Origin: a virus
Taxonomy: Duplodnaviria > Heunggongvirae > Uroviricota > Caudoviricetes
Strand: one strand, 5' to 3'
Virus record (IMG/VR): IMGVR_UViG_2563366824_000005
Location: 1 to 43,437 of that record
Length of the DNA stretch: 43,437 bases
Shown here piece after piece: positions 9,904-26,105 of this stretch (within the stretch, counting starts at the first letter, position 1; every line of letters starts with the position of its first letter). Position numbers and translations under genes: made by a program. The notes below the pieces were generated by a model that was not told the origin of the DNA, did not search any database, and saw nothing but the letters and a program-made list of their open reading frames with translations.

Positions 9904-12461
9904 CGTCCACCTCCGGAGAACAGGCCACCATCACGCATCTGTGTCTGAATTTCATCACGGGCACCCTTGCGGGCCATGTCATACACTGCCTTCATCATCT
10001 GTGGACCTGGCAGACCATTCGTACCGTCGTTCTGAATCACCACGTGATTGTTCTGATTAAAATTAATGCCTTCAGCCCGCCGCATCTGCGCCGGACTTCC
10101 GGCACCGCCCACATAACCACCTTCCGCATAGCCCCGCATCAGGCGGTACAGGTTGCCGACACCAATCCGGCTGGTTGCCTCCTTCGTGAAGACAAATTCA
10201 CCACGGTGAACAATCCCCGCTGGCTCATATTTGCCGCCGGTTCCCGTAAATCCCCCGGTCGCAAAATGGAATTTCGCCGCAGCGGCCTGAATGGCTGTAC
10301 CGCCTGACGCGGATGCTCCACCACTGGCAGCACCGCCAATGGCGCTGCCGATACTCCCGACAATCCCCACCATTGCCTGCTTAAGCAGAATTTCTGTCAT
10401 CATGGACAGCACGGAACGGGTGAAGCTGCGCCAGTTCTGCTCACTGCCGGTCAGCATCGCCGCCATATTCTGTGCAATACCATCAAAGGTCTGCGTGGCT
10501 GCACTTTTAACCTGCGACATACTGTCCGTGGCGCTCTCTTCCCACTCACTCCAGCCGGACTTCAGGCCTGCCATCCAGCTCCCGCGAAGCTGGTCTTCAG
10601 CCGCCCAGGTCTTTTTCTGCTCTGACATGACGTTATTCAGCGCCAGCGGATTATCGCCATACTGTTCCTTCAGGCGCTGTTCCGTGGCTTCCCGTTCTGC
10701 CTGCCGGTCAGTCAGCCCCCGGCTTTTCGCATCAATGGCGGCCCGTTTTGCCCGTTGCTGCTGTGCGAATTTATCCGCCTGCTGCGCCAGCGCGTTCAGG
10801 CGCTCCTGATACGTAACCTTGTCGCCAAGTGCAGCCAGCTGGCGTTTGTACTCCAGCGTCTCATCTTTATGCGCCAGCAGGGATTTCTCCTGTGCAGACA
10901 GCTGGCGACGTTGCGCCGCCTCCTCCAGTACCGCGAACTGACTCTCCGCCTTCCACAAATCCCGGCGCTGCTGGCTGATTTTCTCATTCGCTCCGGCATG
11001 CTTCTCCAGCGTCCGGAGTTCTGCCTGAAGCGTCAGCAGGGCAGCATGAGCACTGTCTTCCTGACGATCGCCCGCAGACACCTTCACGCCGGACTGTTTC
11101 GGCTTTTTCAGCGTCGCTTCATAATCCTTTTTCGCCGCCGCCATCAGCGTGTTGTAATCCGCCTGCAGGATTTTCCCGTCTTTCAGTGCCTTGTTCAGTT
11201 CTTCCTGACGGGCGGTATATTTCTCCAGCGGCGTCTGCAGCCGTTCGTAAGCCTTCTGCGCCTCTTCGGTATATTTCAGCCGTGACGCTTCGGTATCGCT
11301 CTGCTGCTGCGCATTTTTGTCCTGTTGAGTCTGCTGCTCAGCCTGCTTTCGGGCGGCTTCAAGCGCAAGACGGGCCTTTTCACGATCATCCCAGTAACGC
11401 GCCCGCGCTTCATCGTTAACAAAATAATCATCCTTGCGCAGATTCCAGATGTCGTCTGCTTTCTTAAACGCAGCCTCTGCCTTAATCAGCATCTCCTGCG
11501 CGGTATCAGGACGACCAATATCCAGCACCGCATCCCACATGGATTTGAATGCCCGCGCTGTCCTGTCTGCCCAGGTCTCCAGCGTGCCCATGTTCTCTTT
11601 CAGGCGGCGGGTCTGGTCATCAAACCCTTTCGTTGCGGCTTCGTTCGCCGCCTGCAATGCCCCGGCTTCATCGCCGGAACGCTGCAACTGAGCAACATAC
11701 GCAATCTGCTCCGCCGTCACGTTATGGAACTGGCGCGCCATCGCCGTCAGCCCCGACGTCGGGTCAGTGGTCAGCTTCCCGAAGGCTTCAGCGACCTTGT
11801 CCACCTCCACGCCGGATGCAGAAGAGAAACGCGCCACACTCTGGCTGATGGACGCAATCTGAGCCTCACCGCTTACCCCCGCCTTAACCAGTGCACTGAG
11901 TGACTCGCTGGTCTGGTTAAACGTCAGCCCTGCCGCCTGCCCGGCTCTGGACAGGACCAGCATACGATCTGCCGTCAGACCCGACTGATTACCGGAAAGG
12001 ACCAGCGTTTTGTTGAAATCGGACAGGGTTGAGTTACCCTGATACCAGGCATACGCCAGCGCACCGGTCGCCACCGCCAGCGAGGTGGCCCCGACCATCG
12101 GCAGGGTGATCGCACCGGCAAGCCCCCGGAACATGGGGATCATCCCGCCGAAGGAGTCCTTAACCTGACCACCCTGTTGCAGCAGGATCAGCCACGGGCT
12201 TTGCCCGCCTGCAAGCTGCGTGGCCACGTCGGTGAACTGTGCAGGCAGCATACGCATGGCGGCTTTATACTGCCCGACGGAAATCCCCGCTTTCTGTGCA
12301 GCCAGTGCCTGTCGGCTCAGCGACTGTTCAACGACTGCCGCTGTTTTTTTCGCATCACTTTCCGTACCGGAAAAATGACGCCTGACTCTGGCCATCTGCT
12401 CGTCAAATCTGGCCGCATCCAGACTTAAATCAACGACCAGATCGCCTACCGGTTCAGCCAT
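9900..12461 (-). CDS. H: tail tape measure protein H
   Basis: 853 aa, N-terminus MAEPVGDLVVDLSLDAARFDEQMARVRRHF as in lambda H. Confidence 0.9.
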   Translation of the reverse strand: MAEPVGDLVVDLSLDAARFDEQMARVRRHFSGTESDAKKTAAVVEQSLSRQALAAQKAGISVGQYKAAMRMLPAQFTDVATQLAGGQSPWLILLQQGGQVKDSFGGMIPMFRGLAGAITLPMVGATSLAVATGALAYAWYQGNSTLSDFNKTLVLSGNQSGLTADRMLVLSRAGQAAGLTFNQTSESLSALVKAGVSGEAQIASISQSVARFSSASGVEVDKVAEAFGKLTTDPTSGLTAMARQFHNVTAEQIAYVAQLQRSGDEAGALQAANEAATKGFDDQTRRLKENMGTLETWADRTARAFKSMWDAVLDIGRPDTAQEMLIKAEAAFKKADDIWNLRKDDYFVNDEARARYWDDREKARLALEAARKQAEQQTQQDKNAQQQSDTEASRLKYTEEAQKAYERLQTPLEKYTARQEELNKALKDGKILQADYNTLMAAAKKDYEATLKKPKQSGVKVSAGDRQEDSAHAALLTLQAELRTLEKHAGANEKISQQRRDLWKAESQFAVLEEAAQRRQLSAQEKSLLAHKDETLEYKRQLAALGDKVTYQERLNALAQQADKFAQQQRAKRAAIDAKSRGLTDRQAEREATEQRLKEQYGDNPLALNNVMSEQKKTWAAEDQLRGSWMAGLKSGWSEWEESATDSMSQVKSAATQTFDGIAQNMAAMLTGSEQNWRSFTRSVLSMMTEILLKQAMVGIVGSIGSAIGGAASGGASASGGTAIQAAAAKFHFATGGFTGTGGKYEPAGIVHRGEFVFTKEATSRIGVGNLYRLMRGYAEGGYVGGAGSPAQMRRAEGINFNQNNHVVIQNDGTNGLPGPQMMKAVYDMARKGARDEIQTQMRDGGLFSGGGR

Positions 12462-12499
12462 ACCGGACTCCTCCTGCGATCCCTTCTGATACTGTCATC

Positions 12500-14131
<1,632 letters not shown>

Positions 14132-14150
<19 letters not shown>

Positions 14151-14554
14151 TTTCCCGCAGAAACAGGCTCTGCAGGCCCGGCGTCCTCTGCCTGTTCAGG
14201 GGCATTATTCACCACAAACTCAGACATTCCGGACAGACGTAACACCACGTTTTCAGCCTGAGCAATTGCCTCCGTGGGCCAGGTGGTAAGCACTTCCTGC
14301 TCAATCTGCGTAATGGCTTCATTCATGGACGGCAGCTTTGTCTTCTGCGGATGGTTATGCCACAGAGACATCGCCACCAGAAACGCCCCGCCTCTGATAA
14401 GATCCTCTACAGACACCTGCAGGTTGCCACTGGATTCAGCCTTTTTTTCCTGCTCTTTCAACCAGGCAAGATGCTCAATACGCTGCAGGGCTGACAGTTC
14501 AGAAAGCGTGACGGTCACACCGTTATGTTCAAATGATTCGGTTTTCAGGAACAT
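14132..14554 (-). CDS. G: tail assembly chaperone G
   Basis: 140 aa, lambda G length; ends ...PVSAGKCSTVS. Confidence 0.85.
14150..14156 (-). other. programmed -1 ribosomal frameshift slippery site for G-T fusion (GGGAAAG)
   Basis: heptamer GGGAAAG on minus strand near end of G, with T frame open from 14150. Confidence 0.6.
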
Positions 14555-14569
14555 CGCTGACTCTCCGGA

Positions 14570-15310
14570 TTAACTGGCGGTGACGGTAATTTCTGCAACC
14601 GCAGCAAACTCACCATTACCGGATACAACCGGAATGTTGACCTTGCCTGCAGCAACGCCGTTCACGGTGATGGTCATACCACTGACCGACACGGTGGCTT
14701 TTGTTTTATCCGCTGACACCGCACGGAAGCTCTTGTCGGTTGCGCCTTCCGGCTGGAATGCCACGGTCAGCGTGGTGCTCTTCCCTTTCACTACGGAAGC
14801 GCTGGCTGGCGTCACGGTCATACCGGTTGCCGCTGTTACCGTGCTGCGATCTTCTGCCATCGACGGACGTCCTACGTTGGTGACTTTCACCGTGCGGGTG
14901 ATCACGTCCTTCGCCGTCACCGCCTTACCGATACTGCTGACCCAGCCGCGGAACACATCGACCGTGCCGTTCGGGAAGCGGATTTTATAGGCACGGGTAT
15001 CACCTTCATTAAACCACGCCAGCAGCGCCTGCTGCCCCTGCTCTCCGGGCATCCACGCCAGCGTGAAGCTGGTATCTCCGGCAGATTTCTGCCCCTGTCC
15101 GGTCGCGGTCCAGTCCGCATCTTCATCATCGAGATAACTGTCGTCATAGGACTCAGCGGTCAGTTCGCCGGGCGTCAGGTCTTTAACTTTAGCCAGACGC
15201 GACCAGTCAACGTCTGAAAGCGGGTTCGCATAAGGGTCGCCGCTCCCGTTATAAACCCACAGGGTGGTTCCGGCACCTTTCACCGGTATTGCTGGATTTG
15301 GTACAGGCAT
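14570..15310 (-). CDS. V: major tail tube protein V
   Basis: 246 aa from [16 protein letters not shown]..., lambda V-like including C-terminal Ig-like region. Confidence 0.9.
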   Translation of the reverse strand: MPVPNPAIPVKGAGTTLWVYNGSGDPYANPLSDVDWSRLAKVKDLTPGELTAESYDDSYLDDEDADWTATGQGQKSAGDTSFTLAWMPGEQGQQALLAWFNEGDTRAYKIRFPNGTVDVFRGWVSSIGKAVTAKDVITRTVKVTNVGRPSMAEDRSTVTAATGMTVTPASASVVKGKSTTLTVAFQPEGATDKSFRAVSADKTKATVSVSGMTITVNGVAAGKVNIPVVSGNGEFAAVAEITVTAS

Positions 15311-15317
15311 ATCGTCC

Positions 15318-15713
15318 TCACATTTCATAGGTAATGACATAAGTCAGATCGGCTGAACTCCACAGGCCCGCATCATCGTCGCGCCGGTAGTCATAGCCAC
15401 TGGCCACCATACTGGTGATCAAATCTGACAGTGCCGGGATATCGCTCATCACCGGATAAATCCGGGACTCCATCCACGCATCCAGCTCTGAATCCGGCAC
15501 CTGAGCAGGCAGGAAAACTTCGATATGCAGCTCCGCCTGCCAGGTATCGCTGTCCAGCTCTTCGCCCGTGTATTCAGCGCCGGTGAGATAAACGGCAACT
15601 GCCGGAAAATCCGCCTCATCAAAAACAGCGGGGCGACCATCAAAAAACGTCGCCCCGGTGTCATGCTTCTCCAGTGCATCCAGTACGGCTGCACGGAGTT
15701 CAGTATGTTTCAT
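15318..15713 (-). CDS. U: tail terminator protein U
   Basis: 131 aa, lambda U length and position. Confidence 0.85.
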   Translation of the reverse strand: MKHTELRAAVLDALEKHDTGATFFDGRPAVFDEADFPAVAVYLTGAEYTGEELDSDTWQAELHIEVFLPAQVPDSELDAWMESRIYPVMSDIPALSDLITSMVASGYDYRRDDDAGLWSSADLTYVITYEM

Positions 15714-16288
15714 CGCTTTATTACCATCCTCAGTTGATGCTGCAGCGCATAGCCCAGCTCTTTCGGAAGACGCTCACGCCGTATCCGTTCAATATTCTGT
15801 TTAAACGCCGTGGTCAGTGGCACCGCCATCGGGATTTTCACCACATCAATGGGGTAACGGTTTTTCCCGGCCACACGCTGCATAACATGCCACCGGCCAT
15901 TTTTCAGTTGCTGAATAAACGCGCCGGGAATACGACGGTTTCCCACCACAAGCACGCTGCCGCCACCTTTCAGGGATGAACGCTGCCCCTTTTTACGACG
16001 CCTGCGTCGGGACAGGACAACCCGCGCATTACCCAGCCTGATTACGGGCAAATCCCCCCGGTTAACCCTGATTCTGGCCTGCGGATTTTTAACCGTGGCC
16101 CTTTTCAGCCTGGCCCTTTCCTTTACCAGTTTCCGGCGTACCTTTGTCTCACGGGCAACCTGTGACGCCGACTGCGATATCGCGGATGAAGCAACGCGGT
16201 TAATGGCCATTGCGGCGGCACCAGGCACCGCCGTTTTGCTGATACGGCTGAGGTTTTCAACGGCCTGCTCAAGACCTTTTATGGCCAT
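15710..16288 (-). CDS. Z: tail completion protein Z
   Basis: 192 aa, lambda Z-like (MAIKGLEQAVENLSRI...). Confidence 0.85.
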   Translation of the reverse strand: MAIKGLEQAVENLSRISKTAVPGAAAMAINRVASSAISQSASQVARETKVRRKLVKERARLKRATVKNPQARIRVNRGDLPVIRLGNARVVLSRRRRRKKGQRSSLKGGGSVLVVGNRRIPGAFIQQLKNGRWHVMQRVAGKNRYPIDVVKIPMAVPLTTAFKQNIERIRRERLPKELGYALQHQLRMVIKR

Positions 16289-16299
16289 ACATCCCCCTT

Positions 16300-16653
16300 T
16301 CAGCGGCGACGGTTAACGGCAGGCGGTACGCCCCGCCCAAGCCAGAGATGACAGCTTCCGCCATCATCCGGCGAAACACGATCTATCCAGAAGTTTTCCT
16401 CACCGATGGTCAGCGTGTCTCCACGCCGCAGCTGCCGCACATCATCAGTCCGGACAAACAGGGACGGGCTGGAGCCTTCAACGCGTACGCCCTGTCCGGC
16501 ATAGCTGATATTTTCAGGGTCATCAAAAACACCACGTATCACAGCGCCGGACTGCTCACCGGATGTCATGGTGGCTGACGTTCCCATGTACCCGCGTATC
16601 GTTTCATCGGCGCGGGCAATGGCAGCATCGAACAGGTTATCGAAATCAGCCAC
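16300..16653 (-). CDS. FII: head-tail joining protein FII
   Basis: 117 aa, lambda FII length and position. Confidence 0.85.
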   Translation of the reverse strand: MADFDNLFDAAIARADETIRGYMGTSATMTSGEQSGAVIRGVFDDPENISYAGQGVRVEGSSPSLFVRTDDVRQLRRGDTLTIGEENFWIDRVSPDDGGSCHLWLGRGVPPAVNRRR

Positions 16654-16664
16654 AGCGCCTCCCG

Positions 16665-17060
16665 TTATTGCATTCTGGCCAGGCCACGTTCTGTCATTTC
16701 GGCTGCCACACCGACAGAGACACGAAACGCCGTTCCCGGCAGCACAAATGCCACAGGTTCATCCCGCGTGGCGTGAAGTGCATCAGTATGCAGCGTCACC
16801 AGTGCCACGACCGTGACCAGAGCAGCCGTATCAATCATGGTATCCGGCTGCTCTGATACCACCTCATTTTCATGTCCGGTCAGCGCATTTTCCGGTCTGA
16901 GAGGGGTATCCTGACCGGCAGCGTCATCCGTGTCATCAAGCTCCTCTTCCAGCTCTGCCACACGGAGCGCCAGTTCTTCTTTCGTCCCCGTCAGGCTGAC
17001 ATCACGGTTCAGTTGCTCACCCAGCGACCGGAGACGGACAATCAGTTCATCTTTCGTCAT
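16665..17060 (-). CDS. FI: DNA packaging protein FI
   Basis: starts MTKDELIVRLRSLGEQLN as lambda FI; track ORF has a 13-aa upstream extension. Confidence 0.8.
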   Translation of the reverse strand: MTKDELIVRLRSLGEQLNRDVSLTGTKEELALRVAELEEELDDTDDAAGQDTPLRPENALTGHENEVVSEQPDTMIDTAALVTVVALVTLHTDALHATRDEPVAFVLPGTAFRVSVGVAAEMTERGLARMQ

Positions 17061-17101
17061 GGACTCCTCCACAGAGAGAAAATGGCCCCGAAGGGCCACG
17101 A

Positions 17102-18127
17102 TTACGCCAGTTGTACGGACACGAACTCATCAGGGTCAGCCAGCAGCATCAGCGGTGCTGACTGAATCATGGTGAACTCACGTGCCGGATCGCCGGTGGT
17201 CACCCAGTTTTTCGGGTAACGGGCAGAGGAGTTAATGCCTTCGCGCTGTGCGTCCGCATCCTGAATGCAGCCATAGGTGCGCAGACCGCGTGCCTGAGTG
17301 TTCCCCAGCACCATCGTGTTGTCCGGCAGGAAGTTCTTTTTGACGCCGTTTTCCACGTACTGTCCGGAATACACGACGATGGCCACATCGCCATACATCC
17401 CCTTGTAGGACACCGCTTTGCCCAGGTCTTTCACCGCTGTCTCCAGCTCGGAATGAGAGCCGCGACGAGTATCCAGCTTCTCCCTGACGGCTTTGAAGGA
17501 ACGGAACAGCGCCCAGCCTTTCGGATCAAACACGATGATATTCACCACTCCGCTGGCGTTCAGCGCGTAGGCTTCGATATCGTCGGTCGGGTCATACGTG
17601 GACTTGTCACGCTTGCTCCACTCCGTGCCGCCGGACTGCGTGATGTTATTCGCCTCACTGCGGCCCATATCCACCTCAACCGGATCGAAGGCTTCACCGG
17701 TCATGGTGTATTTGCCCTTAAGCACGGCAGAAACTGCCTGCATCTCTTCGACCTGGGCAATGGCCAGCTCTTCGTCACGCATGTTCTGCATAATGATGCG
17801 ACGGCGGCGGTAAGCCGGGTCCGCCAGATTCTGCGGATCTTCATCCGGCAGGCGACGCAGGGTCATCTGCGGATTCACCTCATGCTTCGGCTTGACATAT
17901 CCCGGCGTAAATTCAGAGGTGGAGCCGCCACGGGAGCGGATAACCTCACCGGAAACAATCGGCGAAACGTACAGCGCCATGTTTACCAGCCCCGGAATTT
18001 GTGAGAGATAGACTTTCTCCGTGGTGAAGGGATAGCTCTCACGGAAAAAGAGACGCAGAAACAGCGGATCAAACTTAAATTTCTGCTCATTTGCCGCCAG
18101 CAGCTGGGCGGTTGTGTACATCGACAT
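17102..18127 (-). CDS. E: major capsid protein E
   Basis: 341 aa from MSMYTTAQLLAANEQKF..., lambda E. Confidence 0.9.
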   Translation of the reverse strand: MSMYTTAQLLAANEQKFKFDPLFLRLFFRESYPFTTEKVYLSQIPGLVNMALYVSPIVSGEVIRSRGGSTSEFTPGYVKPKHEVNPQMTLRRLPDEDPQNLADPAYRRRRIIMQNMRDEELAIAQVEEMQAVSAVLKGKYTMTGEAFDPVEVDMGRSEANNITQSGGTEWSKRDKSTYDPTDDIEAYALNASGVVNIIVFDPKGWALFRSFKAVREKLDTRRGSHSELETAVKDLGKAVSYKGMYGDVAIVVYSGQYVENGVKKNFLPDNTMVLGNTQARGLRTYGCIQDADAQREGINSSARYPKNWVTTGDPAREFTMIQSAPLMLLADPDEFVSVQLA

Positions 18128-18182
18128 AAAAAAATCCCGTAAAAAAAGCCGCACAGGCGGCCTTTAGTGATGAAGGGTAAGG

Positions 18183-18515
18183 TTAAACGATGCTGATTGC
18201 CGTTCCGGCAAACGCGGTCCGTTTTTTCGTCTCGTCGCTGGCAGCCTCCGGCCAGAGCACATCCTCATAACGGAACGTGCCGGACTTGTAGAACGTCAGC
18301 GTGGTGCTGGTCTGGTCAGCAGCAACAGCAAGAATGCCGACAGCAGCACCGTCGGTGGTGCCATCCCACGCAACCAGCTTACGGGTGGAGGTGTCCAGCA
18401 TCAGCGGGGTCATTGCAGGCGCTTTCGCACTCAATCCGCCTGGCGCGGTTGCGGTATGAGCCGGGTCACTGTTGCCCAGCGGCTGGTAATGGGTAAAGGT
18501 TTCTTTGCTCGTCAT
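18183..18515 (-). CDS. D: capsid decoration protein D
   Basis: 110 aa from [12 protein letters not shown]..., lambda D. Confidence 0.9.
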   Translation of the reverse strand: MTSKETFTHYQPLGNSDPAHTATAPGGLSAKAPAMTPLMLDTSTRKLVAWDGTTDGAAVGILAVAADQTSTTLTFYKSGTFRYEDVLWPEAASDETKKRTAFAGTAISIV

Positions 18516-18524
18516 AAACATCCC

Positions 18525-19824
18525 TTACACTGGTGTGTTCAGCAAATCGTTAACGGCATCAGATGCCGGGTTACCTGCCGCCAGCGGTGTCGGTGCCCCC
18601 TGCATCAGACGATCCAGCGCAGTGTCACTGCGCGCCTGTGCACTCTGTGGTGCTGCGGCCAGAATGCGGCGGGCCGTTTCCACGGTCATACCGGGGGTTT
18701 CTGCCAGCACGCGGGCCTGTTCTTCGCGTCCGTGAGCCTCCTCACAATTGAGGATCCCCATAATGCGGCTGTTTTCTGCCGCAACCGCTGCGGTGATCTG
18801 TGCGTTCACGTCCGGCTGCGCCGCGCTGGCGTTCTCGCCCTCTGTCGCTGACACCACGTCAGTAACGTCAGCCTGCAAAGCAGTGGCTGAAACAGTTGTT
18901 GATTGAGTCTCTTTGGTCATTCGCCCTCCTGAGAGACGGGATTTACGTGCATCCAGTGCCTCACGCATAACGGTGATCGCATCGGTGCTGTTGACAAGTT
19001 CATCAGCCAGTCCGGCATCAATGGCCTCCTGACCGCTGTACACTGCAGCCTCGGTATCCAGCACAGCCTGCACGGACAGGCCGGTATATGCCGACACCTT
19101 CTGCGCAAACATCCGGCGGGTTGCATCCATCCGGGACTGCAGTGTCTCCCGGACGTCATCCGGAAGATGGCTGTAGGGGTTGCCATCCACCTTATGGCTG
19201 CCGCTGTAAATCAGCGTGATTTCCACGCCCTGTTTCTCCAGCGCAGCACCGTAATTACTGTGAGCCATCATGACGCCGATGGAGCCTGTCCGAGCGGTCT
19301 GCGTGACCAGACGCCGGGAGGCGGCACTGGCAAGCAACTGACCTGCACTGCAGTTCATGTCGTTGGCAAGCGCCCATACCGGTTTTATGTCACGCACACG
19401 GGCGATGATGTCAGCGCAGTCAAATGCCCCCGCCACCATCCCGCCGGGCGTGTCCATATCGAGCAGAATGCCGTCCACCATCGGATCGCTGGCAGCCTGT
19501 TGCAGACGGGCGATAATGCCGTTGTAACCGGTCATCCCCGAGTACGGCTGCAGCGCCCGCGTCCGGCTGACCAGCGTGCCGGACACCGGCAGCACGGCGA
19601 TGCCGTTCATGACCTGATAACTGCGGGCCTGTCGTGGTCCGTCATCATCACCGGATAATGCCAGCGTCGCGAGTGCCTCCTGGGCAGTCAGGCTGTCGCC
19701 GGACACCGCATCCGTCAGGCGGCTGATCCCAAACTGGCCTGCAAGCGCACAAAAGAAAACCCGCGCATAGGCGGGTTCAAGCATCAGCGGCTCATTAAAG
19801 GCCATACTGGCAATATGCGGGAGA

Positions 19825-19844
<20 letters not shown>
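18525..19844 (-). CDS. C: capsid assembly protease C (scaffold Nu3 nested in same frame)
   Basis: lambda C-like from VTAELRNLPHIASMAFNEPL...; probable GTG start at 19844; track ORF is extended upstream. Confidence 0.8.
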
Positions 19845-23525
<3,681 letters not shown>

Positions 23526-23551
<26 letters not shown>

Positions 23552-24071
23552 TCAGCAACCCCGGTATCAGTTCATCCAGCGCGGCTGCTTTGTTCATGGC
23601 TTTGATGATATCCCGTTTCAGGAAATCAACATGTCGGTTTTCCAGTTCCGGAAAACGCCGCTGCACCGACAGGGGGATCCCGTCGAGAATACTGGCAATT
23701 TCACCTGCGATCCGCGACAGCACGAAAGTACAGAATGCGGTTTCCACCACTTCAGCGGAGTCTCTGGCATTTTTCAGCTCCTGTGCGTCGGCCTGCGCAC
23801 GCGTAAGTCGATGGCGTTCGTACTCAATAGTCCCAGGCTGGAGATCTGCCTCACTGGCAGCCCTGTAATCCTCAACCTCTTTACGGAGTTTTTCATTTTC
23901 GATATCAGCTTCCCTCTGCGCATACCACTGAATTGCCATGGCGGTATCAAATCCAGATTCAACGCCCTTACCACCTCCGGAGACGCAAGGGAGTCCCTGA
24001 GACTGCCAGCGTTCAATCGTTCGCGGATCCACGTTGAAAATTTCGGCAAGTTTCTTTTTATTAACCTTCAT
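23526..24071 (-). CDS. Nu1: terminase small subunit Nu1, with phage-21-type N-terminal DNA-binding region
   Basis: 181 aa; residues from about 60 onward match lambda Nu1 as recalled; N-terminal HTH segment diverges. Confidence 0.9.
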
Positions 24072-24098
24072 GAAACAGTCTCACAATAAATACAGGGG

Positions 24099-24206
24099 CC
24101 GACATGAAAGTGCCCGAAAATGACTTTTTTAGGCGTTTCATGTCGGACCTTTTACGGATTCGATATTAGAAAAAACAAATAGTTATGTTCGAGAAGTACC
24201 GACATG
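24099..24206. promoter_or_regulatory. cosB with three terminase-binding R repeats (CATGTCGG), R2 inverted
   Basis: CCGACATG at 24099-24106 and 24199-24206, CATGTCGG at 24139-24146, between cosN and the Nu1 start. Confidence 0.6.
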
Positions 24207-24246
24207 ATTTTCCCCAGAAAATTTTCATAAATAGCGAAAACCCGCG

Positions 24247-24258
24247 AGGTCGCCGCCC
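24247..24258. other. cosN cohesive-end site (GGGCGGCGACCT on minus strand)
   Basis: minus strand reads GGGCGGCGACCTCGCGGGTTTTCGCTATTTATGAAAATTTTC, as at the lambda left end; opposite flank matches the lambda right end (CGTAACCTGTCGGATCACCGGAAAGGACCCGT). Confidence 0.8.
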
Positions 24259-24457
24259 CGTAACCTGTCGGATCACCGGAAAGGACCCGTAAAGCGATAA
24301 TGATTATCATCTACATATCACAACGTGCGTGGAGGCCATCAAACCACGTCAAATAATCAATTATGACGCAGGTATCGTATTAATTGATCTGCATCAACCT
24401 AACGTAAAAACAACTTCAGACAATACAAATCAGCGACACTGAATACAGGGCAACCTC

Positions 24458-24691
24458 ATGTCAACGAAGAACAGAACCCGCAGAACAACAACCCGCAACA
24501 TCCGCTTTCCTAACCAAATGATTGAACAAATTAACATCGCTCTTGTTCAAAAAGGGTCCGGGAATTTCTCAGCCTGGGTCATTGAAGCCTGCCGCCGGAG
24601 ACTGTGCTCAGAAAAAAGAGTTTCGCCTGAAGCAAACAAAGAAAAGAGTGACATTACTGAATTGCTCAGAAAACAGGTCAGACCAGATTGA
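24458..24691 (+). CDS. ribbon-helix-helix-like small protein (homologue of lambda right-end ORF p79, YlcI/YnfO family)
   Basis: 77 aa MSTKNRTRRTTTRNIRFPNQMIEQINIAL...; reads away from cos like the lambda counterpart. Confidence 0.6.
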   Translation: MSTKNRTRRTTTRNIRFPNQMIEQINIALVQKGSGNFSAWVIEACRRRLCSEKRVSPEANKEKSDITELLRKQVRPD

Positions 24692-24747
24692 AGCAATTTA
24701 GATAATCGTGCAGACTACCCCCCTCATATCACATGGAAGGTACTACA

Positions 24748-25158
24748 ATGGCTCAGATTGCCATTTTTAAACAAATATTCGATAAAGTGCGAAATAATTT
24801 AAACTATCACTGGTTTTATTCTGAACTAAAACGTCACAATGTCTCACATTACATTTACTATTTAGCCACAGAGAATATTCATCTTGTTCTTGAAAACGAT
24901 AATACGGTTTTAATAAAAGGACAGGGTAAGGTTGTAAATGTAAGATTTTCAAAAAATAAATGCCTTATAGAAGCCACCTTAAAAGGATTCAAATCAGGAG
25001 AGTTATCATTTTACGAATACAGGAAAAATCTTGCTACAGCAGGGGTTTTCAGATGGATTACAAATATCCACGAAAACAAAAGGTATTACTATACCTTTGA
25101 TAATTCATTACTCTTTACTGAGAACATTCAGAACACTACACAAATATTTCCGCACTAA
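24748..25158 (+). CDS. DUF1398-like protein (YbcV/YdfO-like)
   Basis: 136 aa from [14 protein letters not shown]...; AT-rich gene; GGAAGG SD 7 nt upstream of ATG at 24748. Confidence 0.55.
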   Translation: MAQIAIFKQIFDKVRNNLNYHWFYSELKRHNVSHYIYYLATENIHLVLENDNTVLIKGQGKVVNVRFSKNKCLIEATLKGFKSGELSFYEYRKNLATAGVFRWITNIHENKRYYYTFDNSLLFTENIQNTTQIFPH

Positions 25159-25465
25159 ATCATAACGTCCGGTTTCTTCCGTGCCAGAACCGGACTCGCT
25201 GGCATGATGAAATATGTGTACCCGGTAACCCCGGTGTGCATCGTTTTTGATTATTCCCCCACACTTGTGCAGAAGGAGTTCCCCGTCAGGCTACAGTCAT
25301 AATTAATGCAAGAGTACAGCGACGATACAGCGCACAGAAATAAATCAGGTATCCATTGACTTCACAAAGACGGTACATAGCATCGACAGGAGTAATTGCG
25401 TAAATTGAACTCTTGGCACACTTTAGCCACCGGCGAATCTTCAGCGGATTATCCTTGGCCGGTTT

Positions 25466-25930
25466 TTATCTGAGGCATTGCTCTCGAATGTATAGCTGTG
25501 CCCCTTCAAGTTGTTTTTGCATTATTATCAGTCGCGCTCTGAGGGTGAAATAATCCCGTTCAGCGGTGTCTGCCAGTCGGGGGGAGGCTGCATTATCCAC
25601 GCCGGAGGCGGTGGTGGCTTCACGCACTGACTGACAGACTGCTTTGATGTGCAACCGACGACGACCAGCGGCAACATCATCACGCAGAGCATCATTTTCA
25701 GCTTTCGCATCAGCTAACTCCTTCGTGTATTTTGCATCGAGCGCAGCAACATCACGCTGACGCATCTGCATGTCAGTAATTGCCGCGTTCGCCAGCTTCA
25801 GTTCTCTGACATTTTTGTCGCGCTGGGCTTTGTAGGTAATGGCGTTATCACGGTAATGATTCAGCCCCAGACTAAGCGCACCACAGGCCACCAGCAGGGC
25901 AATGATGACCACGCACAGTACGCGGTTCAT
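25466..25930 (-). CDS. Rz: i-spanin Rz
   Basis: 154 aa with N-terminal TM segment and coiled-coil; lambda Rz-like. Confidence 0.8.
   Translation of the reverse strand: MNRVLCVVIIALLVACGALSLGLNHYRDNAITYKAQRDKNVRELKLANAAITDMQMRQRDVAALDAKYTKELADAKAENDALRDDVAAGRRRLHIKAVCQSVREATTASGVDNAASPRLADTAERDYFTLRARLIIMQKQLEGAQLYIREQCLR
25528..25710 (-). CDS. Rz1: o-spanin Rz1 lipoprotein, embedded in Rz in +1 frame
   Basis: 60 aa with lipobox LVVVGC and PPPPP tract; near-identical to lambda Rz1 as recalled. Confidence 0.75.
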   Translation of the reverse strand: MRKLKMMLCVMMLPLVVVGCTSKQSVSQCVKPPPPPAWIMQPPPDWQTPLNGIISPSERD

Positions 25931-25931
25931 T

Positions 25932-26069
25932 TCACCACCAGCGTATCTGACCGATGAAATAACCAGAGGCCATAATCACAAACACCAGCCAGATAAGAAT
26001 GAACTTCCAGGTGGATAATTTTTCAGCCATCACTCGAATCTCCCGAATCAGTTTGCTAAAATCAAACAC
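25932..26069 (-). CDS. candidate small membrane protein (45 aa, GTG start) immediately upstream of Rz
   Basis: AAGGAG SD 5 nt before GTG at 26069; in-frame ATG at 26030 gives 32 aa; C-terminal hydrophobic helix [20 protein letters not shown]; stop overlaps Rz start (TGAAATG); below track length cut-off. Confidence 0.3.
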   Translation of the reverse strand: MFDFSKLIREIRVMAEKLSTWKFILIWLVFVIMASGYFIGQIRWW

Positions 26070-26105
26070 ACTTTCTCCTTTGACTTTTCCGGAGTCAGGA
26101 AACAC

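Noticed and set aside
10291-11903. ORFs of 172-192 aa on the plus strand
   Set aside because: Antisense to H (tape measure), with Arg/Leu-rich composition typical of reverse-strand artefacts.
24260-24457. bor and lom lysogenic-conversion genes expected by analogy with lambda
   Set aside because: No bor-like lipoprotein ORF between Rz and cos, and no lom-like ORF between J and stf; they are absent from this prophage.
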